Shown one piece after another: positions 19,051 through 28,250 of a stretch of 64,000 nucleotides of DNA (positions are counted from its first letter, which is position 1; every line of letters starts with the position of its first letter). The position numbers and the translations under genes were made by a program. The notes beneath the pieces were generated by a model that was given only the letters and a program-made list of their open reading frames with translations, made no database searches and was not told the origin of the DNA. This DNA comes from a virus, in the IMG/VR virus record IMGVR_UViG_3300020473_000015; one strand, written 5' to 3'.

Positions 19051-22000
19051 ATGTCTTATAAGAAATTTAAGTTTATATCGCCGGGAATTTTTATCAATGA
19101 AATTGATAATTCTCAATTACCCGGATTGCCGACCGCTATTGGACCCGCGGTTGTTGGTAGATTAGAGCGAGGCCCCGCACTTAAGCCCGTTCAAGTTAAT
19201 TCATTTTCGGATTTTATAGAAGTTTTTGGTAAGCCCATTGCTGGTGGCAAAGGTGGTGATGTTTTCCGCTATGGAAACTATACTTCTCCCACGTATGCAG
19301 CATATGCGGCACAAGCATGGTTGCGCAATAATTCTCCTATAACAATGGTTAGACTTTTGGGGCAAACACACAAAGATGCAACTAGCGAAGGCTATGCTGG
19401 GTGGAAAACTGCAGACAGCGTTGGGGATAGCGCAACGGGCGCCAACAACAACGGCGCATATGGGTTGTTTATTTGCGAAAGTGGATCAAGCACAATGTTT
19501 AATTTGACTAGCGCTGCCGAGAATACATATGCTACCCGCGGCGCTGAGGGTACCTTAGCAGCAGTTTGGTATCTCACAGCAGGAAGCATCCAACTTTCTG
19601 GAAATGTTGCTAGCTCTGGGACTACTACTTCAGCTAGCTCTTCCGCTTTTACCTTTTATGAAGCCGCAGACACAGGGCCGACATTTAAGGCGATAATTAA
19701 AGATGGCAGTGGTAACAAAGTTATCGACTCTTCTTTCAACTTTGACCCCGATTCTCCACGGTTTATTAGAAAGGTTTTTAACACAAACCCAATTAAAACG
19801 AATAGTACAATTGTCGGCAGCGACAACGACACAAATTATTGGCTTGGAGAATCATTTGAGGGCCACGTTCGAACTTATAATCATTCGGGATCCCAAATTG
19901 GATTTAACAATCAAACTGCAGCCAAAACATATGGCGCTATTATGCGCTTAGGTACACCAGATGGTAGTACCGATGCTGGAGACAACACAATGTCTCCAAC
20001 CAAAAGTCCTAAACAACAAATGGCAAAAACTGGATGGTTTATTGCTCAAGACTTATCTACTACATTCGATGAATATGACGCATCACAGATGCAAAAGTTG
20101 TTTAGGTTTGTTAGTCGTGAATTGGGTGAAGAGACTCAACGTAAAATCAAAATAAGCATTAAAGACCTTAGAGCATCAGACCCTCTAGACTCAAATCAAT
20201 ATGGCACTTTCACTGTTTTGATTCGAGACATTGCAGATACTGACGCTAGTCCAACAATCTTAGAACAATACAATAATTGCAACTTAGATCCCGGTTCTAG
20301 CAACTATATAGGTCGCAAAATTGGTAATAAGTTTACTGAATGGGATGATACGGATCGAAGATATAGGTCTTTTGGCGACTTCGCTAATGTCTCTAACTAC
20401 ATTTATGTTGAAGTACATAGCGATGTAGAGCGAGGCGTAGCAAATGAAAAGTATTTGCCCTTTGGTGTAATTGGACCACCTCGCTACGTTGGCTGGGGTA
20501 CGACTGCAAGCGGCAATATTTCTCAATATGGCGCCACATCTTCTATCTCCGGCGCCGCAGGCGCTTTTGTACAAGTCGCCGTCAGTGACCCACATGCAGG
20601 CACGAGTGGAACAGCATCGTCCGGAACACTTCCGGGAGGCACCTTAGACAACCTTATTCTTAATGCTCAATTTAAGTTCCCAGAATTAAGACTGAGAGTT
20701 AGCTCTTCGGAGGGCGCCTCCTTAACAGATCCTAAAGACGCCTATTTCGGCGTTGATGTGTCCTATAATGGTTCTCGCGGCCTAGACCACAGTACTTTTG
20801 ACGTACTTCGAACCAAATGTGTGGACTTAACTTGGGACGCAACTTCGGGCAAAACAGAAGATATGTGGTATTTCTCGCTCGATGATGTTCGAAATGTTAA
20901 TGTGACCGATGCAAATTATAGTGGGAGTTATAGCACACAAGCTGTGTGGGCTTCCGGCTCTAGACATGATGGTCTTTCCTACACCGCACACACAGGCTCA
21001 AAGGATGCAACAACTGCTGGCCCATCTGCCGCTAGTTACCTCAATGTTATTGATGACGATAATGGTGGTGACACTGCAGGGTGGAAACAGTTTACTACTT
21101 GTTTGGCCGGTGGCTCTGACGGTCTAAATATCAAGGAAAGTGATCCATTTAGAAATACCGGGTTAAGTGGTAAAACTGAAACAGACAGTTCAGCCTATAA
21201 TTCAGTTTCAGTAGCTATCGATTCTTTGAGAGATTCGGAAGTTGTGGAATACAACTTGTTGGCAATGCCAGGACTTACAGACAATACGCTTAATAATAAG
21301 TTGATTGATATGTGTGAACTGAGAGGTGATGCATTGGCAGTTGTTGACTTGCATGGTGGCTACACACCACCACACGAGAGTAGTGGAACGAGAACTGATC
21401 GCAAGGGCAATGTAAAAACCGTTGTGAGCAATAAGAAAAATACGCTTCAAGTTAATAGCAGCTATGGATGCGCCTATTACCCATGGGTACAAATTAGAGA
21501 CACCATTAACGGTGTTACTCTTTGGGCGCCCCCTTCAGTTGTCGCCTTGGGTGCGATGTCTTATGGTGAGGCAAATTCTCAGCTTTGGTTTGCACCTGCA
21601 GGCTTTACAAGAGGTGGCTTAAGTGCTAATCGTGCTGGTGGTGTACCTGTTGTTGGAGTTGAAGAAAAGCTCACAGTTAAGCAACGCGATAGGCTCTATG
21701 AGAACCAAATTAATCCGATTGCTTCTTTCCCAGCAGAAGGTATCGTAATCTTTGGGCAGAAAACACTTCAAGTGAGTGCATCTGCCTTAGATAGAATCAA
21801 CGTTAGAAGACTGCTAATCTTCTTGAAAAAGCAGGTTTCTAGATTCGCCTCAACGATTCTTTTTGATCAGAATGTTGATGTTACTTGGGCTAGGTTTAAG
21901 TCTAAAGTGGTACCATTCCTATCAGATGTTAAAGCTGGTCTGGGCTTAACCGATTATAAAGTCGTGTTGGATGAAACAACCACAACACCAGATCTTATGG

Positions 22001-22107
22001 ATAGGAACATTATGTATGCGAAAATCTATATTAAACCTGCGCGTTCAATTGAATATATTGCAATTGATTTCATTATTACCAACACAGGAGCATCTTTTGA
22101 GGATTAA
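19051..22107 (+). CDS. contractile tail sheath protein (gp18-like) with insertions
   Basis: FISPGIFINEIDNS N-terminus; YYPWVQIRD, WFAPAGFTRGGL, RDRLYENQINPIA, FGQKTLQ..SALDRINVRRLL C-terminus. Confidence 0.95.
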   Translation: MSYKKFKFISPGIFINEIDNSQLPGLPTAIGPAVVGRLERGPALKPVQVNSFSDFIEVFGKPIAGGKGGDVFRYGNYTSPTYAAYAAQAWLRNNSPITMVRLLGQTHKDATSEGYAGWKTADSVGDSATGANNNGAYGLFICESGSSTMFNLTSAAENTYATRGAEGTLAAVWYLTAGSIQLSGNVASSGTTTSASSSAFTFYEAADTGPTFKAIIKDGSGNKVIDSSFNFDPDSPRFIRKVFNTNPIKTNSTIVGSDNDTNYWLGESFEGHVRTYNHSGSQIGFNNQTAAKTYGAIMRLGTPDGSTDAGDNTMSPTKSPKQQMAKTGWFIAQDLSTTFDEYDASQMQKLFRFVSRELGEETQRKIKISIKDLRASDPLDSNQYGTFTVLIRDIADTDASPTILEQYNNCNLDPGSSNYIGRKIGNKFTEWDDTDRRYRSFGDFANVSNYIYVEVHSDVERGVANEKYLPFGVIGPPRYVGWGTTASGNISQYGATSSISGAAGAFVQVAVSDPHAGTSGTASSGTLPGGTLDNLILNAQFKFPELRLRVSSSEGASLTDPKDAYFGVDVSYNGSRGLDHSTFDVLRTKCVDLTWDATSGKTEDMWYFSLDDVRNVNVTDANYSGSYSTQAVWASGSRHDGLSYTAHTGSKDATTAGPSAASYLNVIDDDNGGDTAGWKQFTTCLAGGSDGLNIKESDPFRNTGLSGKTETDSSAYNSVSVAIDSLRDSEVVEYNLLAMPGLTDNTLNNKLIDMCELRGDALAVVDLHGGYTPPHESSGTRTDRKGNVKTVVSNKKNTLQVNSSYGCAYYPWVQIRDTINGVTLWAPPSVVALGAMSYGEANSQLWFAPAGFTRGGLSANRAGGVPVVGVEEKLTVKQRDRLYENQINPIASFPAEGIVIFGQKTLQVSASALDRINVRRLLIFLKKQVSRFASTILFDQNVDVTWARFKSKVVPFLSDVKAGLGLTDYKVVLDETTTTPDLMDRNIMYAKIYIKPARSIEYIAIDFIITNTGASFED

Positions 22108-22121
22108 AAATTCAACTTAGT

Positions 22122-22130
22122 TCTATTTAA
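22122..22130 (+). promoter_or_regulatory. putative late promoter TCTATTTAA (tube)
   Basis: variant of the recurrent motif. Confidence 0.45.
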
Positions 22131-22153
22131 TTATAGAAGGAGACTTTAAGCTA

Positions 22154-22798
22154 ATGACAATTCAACAAGATCAATTCTGGAGCGCCTCTACGGTCGACCC
22201 AAAAAGAAGTTATCGGTGGATTTTGCTTTTAAACAAAATTCCTACATATGTTATTAAAACAGCTGGAAAACCGAGCTTTACCATTGAGGGGATTCAACAT
22301 CAATTTGTTTCTCACACTTTTCACTATCCTGGGAGAATCCAGTGGAATGAACTTAATATAACATTGGTTGATCCTGTTTTTCCGGACGCGTCTGCTATTG
22401 TGGTTAAAACTCTCCAAGCCTCTGGTTATGCCATTCCTGGTAAATATACCGATGCAAAAAGATCTTTTAGTAAAAAAGATGGTGTCAAAGCTCTTGGAGT
22501 GCCTCAGATGGAGCAAATTGATGCAACGGGTAACGTCATTGAAAGGTGGACGCTCCAAAATTGTTGGTTGTCGGCTGTGAATTTTGGGGAACTTACATAT
22601 GAAAGCGACTCAATGATCAATGTCCAATTAACACTTAGATATGACTGGGCTGAATATGAAGGACAGCCAGATCCGAAAGCGGCACTTCCGATTCCTGAGA
22701 GCGTTATGACTAACGGCATGGATCAGCCTTCGACGATTACAAACTATCAAACTGAATTGGGACTCACACGAAGCCCATCAGCAGGTCTCGCAACTTAA
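22154..22798 (+). CDS. tail tube protein (gp19-like)
   Basis: DPKRSYRWIL, YPGRIQWNELNITLVDP, WTLQNCWLSAVNFGELTY, LTLRYDWA; follows the sheath. Confidence 0.9.
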   Translation: MTIQQDQFWSASTVDPKRSYRWILLLNKIPTYVIKTAGKPSFTIEGIQHQFVSHTFHYPGRIQWNELNITLVDPVFPDASAIVVKTLQASGYAIPGKYTDAKRSFSKKDGVKALGVPQMEQIDATGNVIERWTLQNCWLSAVNFGELTYESDSMINVQLTLRYDWAEYEGQPDPKAALPIPESVMTNGMDQPSTITNYQTELGLTRSPSAGLAT

Positions 22799-22819
22799 AA
22801 AGTGGAGCACCCTTAAATT

Positions 22820-23578
22820 ATGCCTGAGTTCCCAATGTTTAGTCCAAAAGCTTTTCAATTCTGGTCTAATAGCGAAGCGCGACCAAAAAGAGTTTTTGAG
22901 GCTATTTTGATCTTTCCAGATCTTATTTTTGGCGGCGATGGCTTACAAAATATTGAACCCTATTTAATAACATCTTTTAGTCGCCCCGGTTATTCTTCAA
23001 TTGAGGCAACGACCGCAGAATATCAGTTAAAATCTGGTGATTTTGCGAAAATTAGCTATCCGACACAGGGTTTTAAAACAAACCCTCTGAAAATTACGCT
23101 TTTGGATGTTGTAAATCACAACAAAGGTGCGAACACTGCAGCTGCCGTGCATACATCTTTAGTGCTTCAAGGGAAAACTAGTACATTTGCTGATAGAACA
23201 ATGCTGGTACGGGAAGATCAGCCACCGGAAGTGCTCCAAACATCATGGATGGAATACCCAAGAGTGTTTCATATTATTGAATTTGATAATGCTGGTCGCA
23301 CCGTTGGAGAATGGATAATAGAAGATCCAGTACAGACATCAGTTAGTTTTTCCCCTATAAATTATAAAGGGTCAGGCTTTGGCACTATTGATATGACTTT
23401 TGAATATAAGAATTTTGAATATTTAAGTTCATGGGGAGATCGCCTTTTGTCCGAGAGATCAAAGGATATGGGTCGAGCGTGGAATCCCTACTCAACAGCG
23501 TTGGATAAGGCAGCAGACTGGTGGACAGATAAGATGAACTGGACTAGTATGTTTGGCGAATCAAAAGAAAAAGCTTAA
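22820..23578 (+). CDS. divergent tail-tube-fold protein (tube paralog)
   Basis: FW..EARPKRVF, SFSRPG, LKITLLD, GEWII, VSFSPINY, IDMTFEY parallel the tube gene motifs. Confidence 0.55.
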   Translation: MPEFPMFSPKAFQFWSNSEARPKRVFEAILIFPDLIFGGDGLQNIEPYLITSFSRPGYSSIEATTAEYQLKSGDFAKISYPTQGFKTNPLKITLLDVVNHNKGANTAAAVHTSLVLQGKTSTFADRTMLVREDQPPEVLQTSWMEYPRVFHIIEFDNAGRTVGEWIIEDPVQTSVSFSPINYKGSGFGTIDMTFEYKNFEYLSSWGDRLLSERSKDMGRAWNPYSTALDKAADWWTDKMNWTSMFGESKEKA

Positions 23579-23629
23579 AATAAGCAAATATATATAATAT
23601 AATTTAATTTAGTATAAAGAGAGGTTAAT

Positions 23630-24502
23630 ATGGCTAATAGAAATGAAGGTCGCTTAAGCGCAGCGCCACCGGTAGATCTACCACCTTCACAGGAGCACAC
23701 TCCAAGCGCCCCTAATGTACCACAAACATTGAACTTTATTACACCAACAGAATTTGTTGAACTTCCTAGTGGTGGAAGTTATTATCCACCAAATCACCCG
23801 CTTCACAATCAAGAGGTTATTGAAATCAAACACATGACAACCAAAGAAGAGGACATATTAACCTCTCAAGCCCTATTAAAAAAAGGGCTAGCTTTGGATA
23901 GAATGCTTGAAAGTATTATTGTTGATAATCGAGTTAGAGTCGATGATTTACTTCTTGGGGACAAAAACGCCCTTATTGTTGCAGCGCGTTCCCATGGATA
24001 TGGCATGTTGTACGAAACGACCGTCAAATGCCCTTCATGTGGTGAGAGTCAACAATATAATTTTAATTTGGGCGCCCTGCAGTCTTCTAAAGTTTCTGAA
24101 GAGCTATTGGAAGAAAAGGGAATCAGTCTTACTGAGAGAAATACTTTTTTAATTCCAATTCCAGAAACTGATTTTACTGTCGAGGTAAGGCTTTTAACCG
24201 GATACGACGAAAAGAAGATCAATGAGACCATTCAACACAAAAGAAAACGCAACTTTCCAGAAAGCCCAGTTACTGATTTCTTGAGAAGCTTAATAATTTC
24301 AGTAAATGGTGTCACGGAGCCTAATTCTCTAAATGGGTTCATTAATACACTTCCAGCAATTTATGCTCGCTATATTAGGAAAACTTATGATAAGCTAGTT
24401 CCAAGCTTAGATTTAAGTCATGATTTTAAGTGTTCACATTGCGGTCACAGTGATTTACTGGAGGTTCCGCTTAATGCGGACTTTTTTTGGTCTAACTCAT
24501 GA
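23630..24502 (+). CDS. baseplate hub/tail assembly chaperone (T4 gp26-like)
   Basis: VELPSGG, KHMTTKEEDILTS, DKNALIVAARSHGYG, CPSC and CSHC Zn motifs, ends FFWSNS. Confidence 0.75.
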   Translation: MANRNEGRLSAAPPVDLPPSQEHTPSAPNVPQTLNFITPTEFVELPSGGSYYPPNHPLHNQEVIEIKHMTTKEEDILTSQALLKKGLALDRMLESIIVDNRVRVDDLLLGDKNALIVAARSHGYGMLYETTVKCPSCGESQQYNFNLGALQSSKVSEELLEEKGISLTERNTFLIPIPETDFTVEVRLLTGYDEKKINETIQHKRKRNFPESPVTDFLRSLIISVNGVTEPNSLNGFINTLPAIYARYIRKTYDKLVPSLDLSHDFKCSHCGHSDLLEVPLNADFFWSNS

Positions 24503-24671
24503 GTATATTCAAAGCATTTATGAACAATTTTTCTATATGAAATATTATAGTAATTGGTCGTTAATGGAATTGTATAATCTTCCTGTTGGGCTACGCGGTT
24601 GGTATTTTGAAAAGCTTTTGAAACAGAAAGAAAAGGAAGCTGAAGCCAAAAAACAACCACAAAGACGCTAG
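24474..24671 (+). CDS. small tail-assembly ORF overlapping the gp26-like 3' end (separate gene or frameshift extension)
   Basis: FGLTHEYIQSIYEQFF...WSLMELYNLPVGLRGWY; lies in the +1 frame across a T7 run; also has GGAGGT 8 nt before ATG 24474. Confidence 0.7.
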   Translation: MRTFFGLTHEYIQSIYEQFFYMKYYSNWSLMELYNLPVGLRGWYFEKLLKQKEKEAEAKKQPQRR

Positions 24672-24702
24672 CCTATATAATAATAAAAAATTACACTGCT
24701 TA

Positions 24703-24711
24703 ACTATTTAT
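24703..24711 (+). promoter_or_regulatory. putative late promoter ACTATTTAT (tape measure)
   Basis: recurrent motif. Confidence 0.55.
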
Positions 24712-24744
24712 ACATGTACAGGTTTGTAGGGAGTATTTTATAGT

Positions 24745-26919
24745 ATGTCAGACAAAACTCTTCAAGAGACGATTGCGGCCCTGGAAGAAGCCAATTTAGA
24801 AAATTTGGTGGATTCTCTGAACAGCGCTGCGGATGAGGTGGCTCAAATTAAAAACGCCACTGCTGACTTTGTGACCCAGATGCGCGAGGGAAAACAAACA
24901 GCCGAGGCAATGAAGCAAGTCATCAAAGACATGGGCACCGACTTTGTAGATCAAAACGACAGCGCCCAAGTACAAGTTCAAATCTATAAGCTCTTAGGAA
25001 ACCAACTAAAAGCAAACAATACAATAAGCGCAGAAAAAAAGAAGCTCTTATTAGAACAAATAGAAGCAAATGAGAATATAATCGCTCAGACCAATACACA
25101 AGTTAGTGGCCAACAGCAGCTGCGAACCGCACTCACCAAAAATGTTCAACAGACTAAACTTTTTGACACCGCCATTAGGTCAACAGGCAAAAGTTTTAGT
25201 AATGCGATAAATCAAGGCGATTTGCTCACCAGCACTCTTGCTAGGGGAGTCGATGTCCTCACAGACAAAACTGCCAATTTTGCTGGTCAATATGAAAAAG
25301 ATGTAATGGATAAGTTTCCACAGCTAGCTGGTTTTCTTGGCGCTGGAGTAGCCCAAAACGATAAGTTAGCTGGTGCTATGATGAGTTTAGCAAATACTGT
25401 AAAATCCCTATATATGGAATTTAGCAATTTAACTACAGGGTTTGTTGAATTTACTGGCCAAGTAATAAAGGGTGACGCAGCAGTTTCTAATTTTACTGGT
25501 CGCGTTATAAAACTTCAAAGAAGAAATAGAATGCTTGGCGTGACAGTAAAAGATGTCACCGAAGCATATACAGGGCTGACAAAGGCCTCCAGAACTTATG
25601 GAATGTTGTTGGGCACTAACGCAAAAAGAAATATAGCTGCAGCAGATCAGTTAACAGAAATGGCCCTAACATTTAAAAAAGTGGGCTTAGGAACAGAAGG
25701 CTTCGGTAAAGCAGTCGATGTTTTAGGAAAAACTTATCGTCGCAGCGATATTCTTAAACAAAGTAAGCTATTGGGAGCCGAATTTGTCAACATTGCTCGT
25801 GTAACTGGCCAAAGCGCCGACATGGTAAGTAAAAACTTTGACTCGGCAATGAAAAATTTAGCAGCATATTCACTACCCAAGGCCAAAGATGAGTTTAAAA
25901 AGCTCTCTATCATCGCTGCTACGACTGGAGTGGAAATGAGCAAGGTTATGGATGTTGCATCAAGATTCGATGACATCGAAAAAGCAGCAAATGCTGTTGG
26001 TGAATTGAATGCAATGATGGGCGGTCCTTATCTCAATACTCTAGATATGGTCAATGCCTCTGAATCAGAGCGTATTGAAATGTTGAAGGACATGATGACC
26101 CAAAGCGGCGAAAGCTTTGCTGAAATGGATAGGTTCAAGAAAAAAGCAATTGCCCAGTCGGTGGGTATGGATGTTCAAGCCGCAGCTAGAATGTTTGGGG
26201 CCCAACAAGGTGAAATTGATAGTGCAACTCAGGCTGTTGATAAAAATGGTGCCTCTTATGAGAGATTGGGTATGGCAGCATCAGCATCAGCAGTATCAAT
26301 CCAAGATCAAATGGAGGCGACGAAACAAAGTACATTTTTACTCAACAAAGCATATACAGAATCTCGCAAATTGATTAACTTAGTCAACAGACAAGTAACT
26401 AAGTTGGGTGACACATTTAGGAGAGATATTGGTGGAATAGCTGTAGGCTCATTACAAGCGATGCATAAAGAGATAAACAAAGTATTTACAGCGCTGGAAT
26501 CGGGAGACAAAAAAGGCGCCTTGGAACAATTTGCGAAAATTGCTGGCGCCTTCGCCATCGCGGGAAAAGAAGGTGTCGTATCTGGAGTCATAGCTAAAAC
26601 GGCAGCCGAACAGTCGACAGGTCAGGCGCCAAATCCGCTAGATCCCACTCCAACACCAGTAGAAGCCACCACTGAAACACCCGCTGCCGGTCCTCAGATC
26701 ACGCCAGCGCAACCGCAAATGACCCAAGCAAACCAAAATATGACGGATATATTTATGGGCATGGACACTATTCCCAGCCCATATGCTCAGGGCCCCCAAT
26801 TACAGGAAGTAGCTAACGCAGTATCTGTAGCTGTTGCAGATGCGATCAAGAACCAGCCAGCGCCTAATGTTTATTTAAATAATGATTTAGTAAGTATGCA
26901 TGTTACGTCGCTAGCTTAG
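24745..26919 (+). CDS. tape measure protein
   Basis: 724 aa Ala/Gln-rich helical protein; FDDIEKAANAVGELNAMMGG; follows the chaperone genes. Confidence 0.8.
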   Translation: MSDKTLQETIAALEEANLENLVDSLNSAADEVAQIKNATADFVTQMREGKQTAEAMKQVIKDMGTDFVDQNDSAQVQVQIYKLLGNQLKANNTISAEKKKLLLEQIEANENIIAQTNTQVSGQQQLRTALTKNVQQTKLFDTAIRSTGKSFSNAINQGDLLTSTLARGVDVLTDKTANFAGQYEKDVMDKFPQLAGFLGAGVAQNDKLAGAMMSLANTVKSLYMEFSNLTTGFVEFTGQVIKGDAAVSNFTGRVIKLQRRNRMLGVTVKDVTEAYTGLTKASRTYGMLLGTNAKRNIAAADQLTEMALTFKKVGLGTEGFGKAVDVLGKTYRRSDILKQSKLLGAEFVNIARVTGQSADMVSKNFDSAMKNLAAYSLPKAKDEFKKLSIIAATTGVEMSKVMDVASRFDDIEKAANAVGELNAMMGGPYLNTLDMVNASESERIEMLKDMMTQSGESFAEMDRFKKKAIAQSVGMDVQAAARMFGAQQGEIDSATQAVDKNGASYERLGMAASASAVSIQDQMEATKQSTFLLNKAYTESRKLINLVNRQVTKLGDTFRRDIGGIAVGSLQAMHKEINKVFTALESGDKKGALEQFAKIAGAFAIAGKEGVVSGVIAKTAAEQSTGQAPNPLDPTPTPVEATTETPAAGPQITPAQPQMTQANQNMTDIFMGMDTIPSPYAQGPQLQEVANAVSVAVADAIKNQPAPNVYLNNDLVSMHVTSLA

Positions 26920-26948
26920 TTAACTTAAAAAGGAGAATTGATAAAGAA

Positions 26949-27875
26949 ATGGATTTGAAACCCCTAGAGAGCAAAAATATCAGAAAAAGCGGCTATAAAA
27001 CGTTAGATATAGTCCCCTTGCACATAAATCATCCTGGTATTTCGTTACCTGTGGAAAATTTAGATATTAGTCAACAATTTAGCCCCTCTTATAATAAAGA
27101 GGAGGTTTATGGTCGTATGGACCCAATCGTTACTTACAAAAACACAGGTCGTTCAATGAGGTTCTCTTTTAGCTGTCAAGCTCATCACTATTTTGATGGA
27201 AATCTAGGAGTTTCAGATAATGTTTATCAGATAAATTTATTAACGCAATTTCTTTATCCAGCGTATCAGTCGACCGACTCAACTAAAAGCCTTTTGAGAT
27301 CACCTCCCTTTTTTAGAATTAGGTATGGTAGTTATGTTGGAAGTTATAGTGGTACTGGCGTTTCCACGGGCTTAACTGGCTATATAACTGGCTTTAGCCA
27401 CCAATTGGGTAAGATTGCAAGAAATATGGCATATGCCTCAACTGCAGAGGGCAATCATTTAGCAGTTCCTCGCGAAATAAAAGTTAGCTTTTCCTTTGAA
27501 GTAATACACGATAAAGATGTTGGTTGGCGCCGCGCAGGAGAAAAGGACAAATTTAGTATAAATGGCTATGATGGGGAATTTCCATATCGAAGCGGCTTTA
27601 ACAGTACTTCCGCACCAATTGAGACACCATCCGAAGATGACCCACCAACTCAGAAAGAAAATGTTGACGAGGCTAGCGGAGACGGAAAACCTGCAATTAA
27701 AGCCTCTGCGGAAAACAGTCCCGAAGAAGAAAGTAGCACTGCCAAAAAGGGCGCGAAATCGGTTGGAAAACGAGTGGAAAGCAAAAATACAGAGCGTATA
27801 CTCAGTCCCAGCCATGACTATGAGGGCGCTGCGGGATTGAAGGGCCGTAGCACTTATAGATTGGATAAGATATAA
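26949..27875 (+). CDS. baseplate/tube-initiator-like protein
   Basis: SPSYNKEEVYGRMDPIVTYKNTGRS, LYPAY..PPFFRIRYG, GYITGFS; follows the TMP. Confidence 0.55.
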   Translation: MDLKPLESKNIRKSGYKTLDIVPLHINHPGISLPVENLDISQQFSPSYNKEEVYGRMDPIVTYKNTGRSMRFSFSCQAHHYFDGNLGVSDNVYQINLLTQFLYPAYQSTDSTKSLLRSPPFFRIRYGSYVGSYSGTGVSTGLTGYITGFSHQLGKIARNMAYASTAEGNHLAVPREIKVSFSFEVIHDKDVGWRRAGEKDKFSINGYDGEFPYRSGFNSTSAPIETPSEDDPPTQKENVDEASGDGKPAIKASAENSPEEESSTAKKGAKSVGKRVESKNTERILSPSHDYEGAAGLKGRSTYRLDKI

Positions 27876-27894
27876 GGTGAGAGGATAAGAAATT

Positions 27895-28224
27895 ATGGCA
27901 TACAATTATTCAAGATATCAAAACATTCCGACATTTAAAAATGTTGATCCAAGCTATATAAATCAGTTTACTGCTAGGAAAGTCAACAATGTTGTTCAAC
28001 ACACAACAGTTGAGTTTGGTTGGTCTCCTGATTTTGATGTTGAAAAAGAATATTGGGGCGTTGGCTTTCGCTTCTATAAACTAGCAGATAAATATTATGG
28101 TGACACATCTTTGTGGTGGATTATACCTTGGTTCAACCAAAAGCCCTTGGAGAGTGATTTTGAAGCTGGAGATCCAGTGTTAATTCCTCTTCCATTGGAA
28201 AGGGTTTTAAGTTTTTTTAGATAA
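27895..28224 (+). CDS. baseplate wedge LysM/gp53-like protein
   Basis: RFYKLADKYYGDTSLWWIIPWFN..GDPVLIP. Confidence 0.7.
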   Translation: MAYNYSRYQNIPTFKNVDPSYINQFTARKVNNVVQHTTVEFGWSPDFDVEKEYWGVGFRFYKLADKYYGDTSLWWIIPWFNQKPLESDFEAGDPVLIPLPLERVLSFFR

Positions 28225-28250
28225 AGAATAGATGGAGAAAAGAGTTAATA

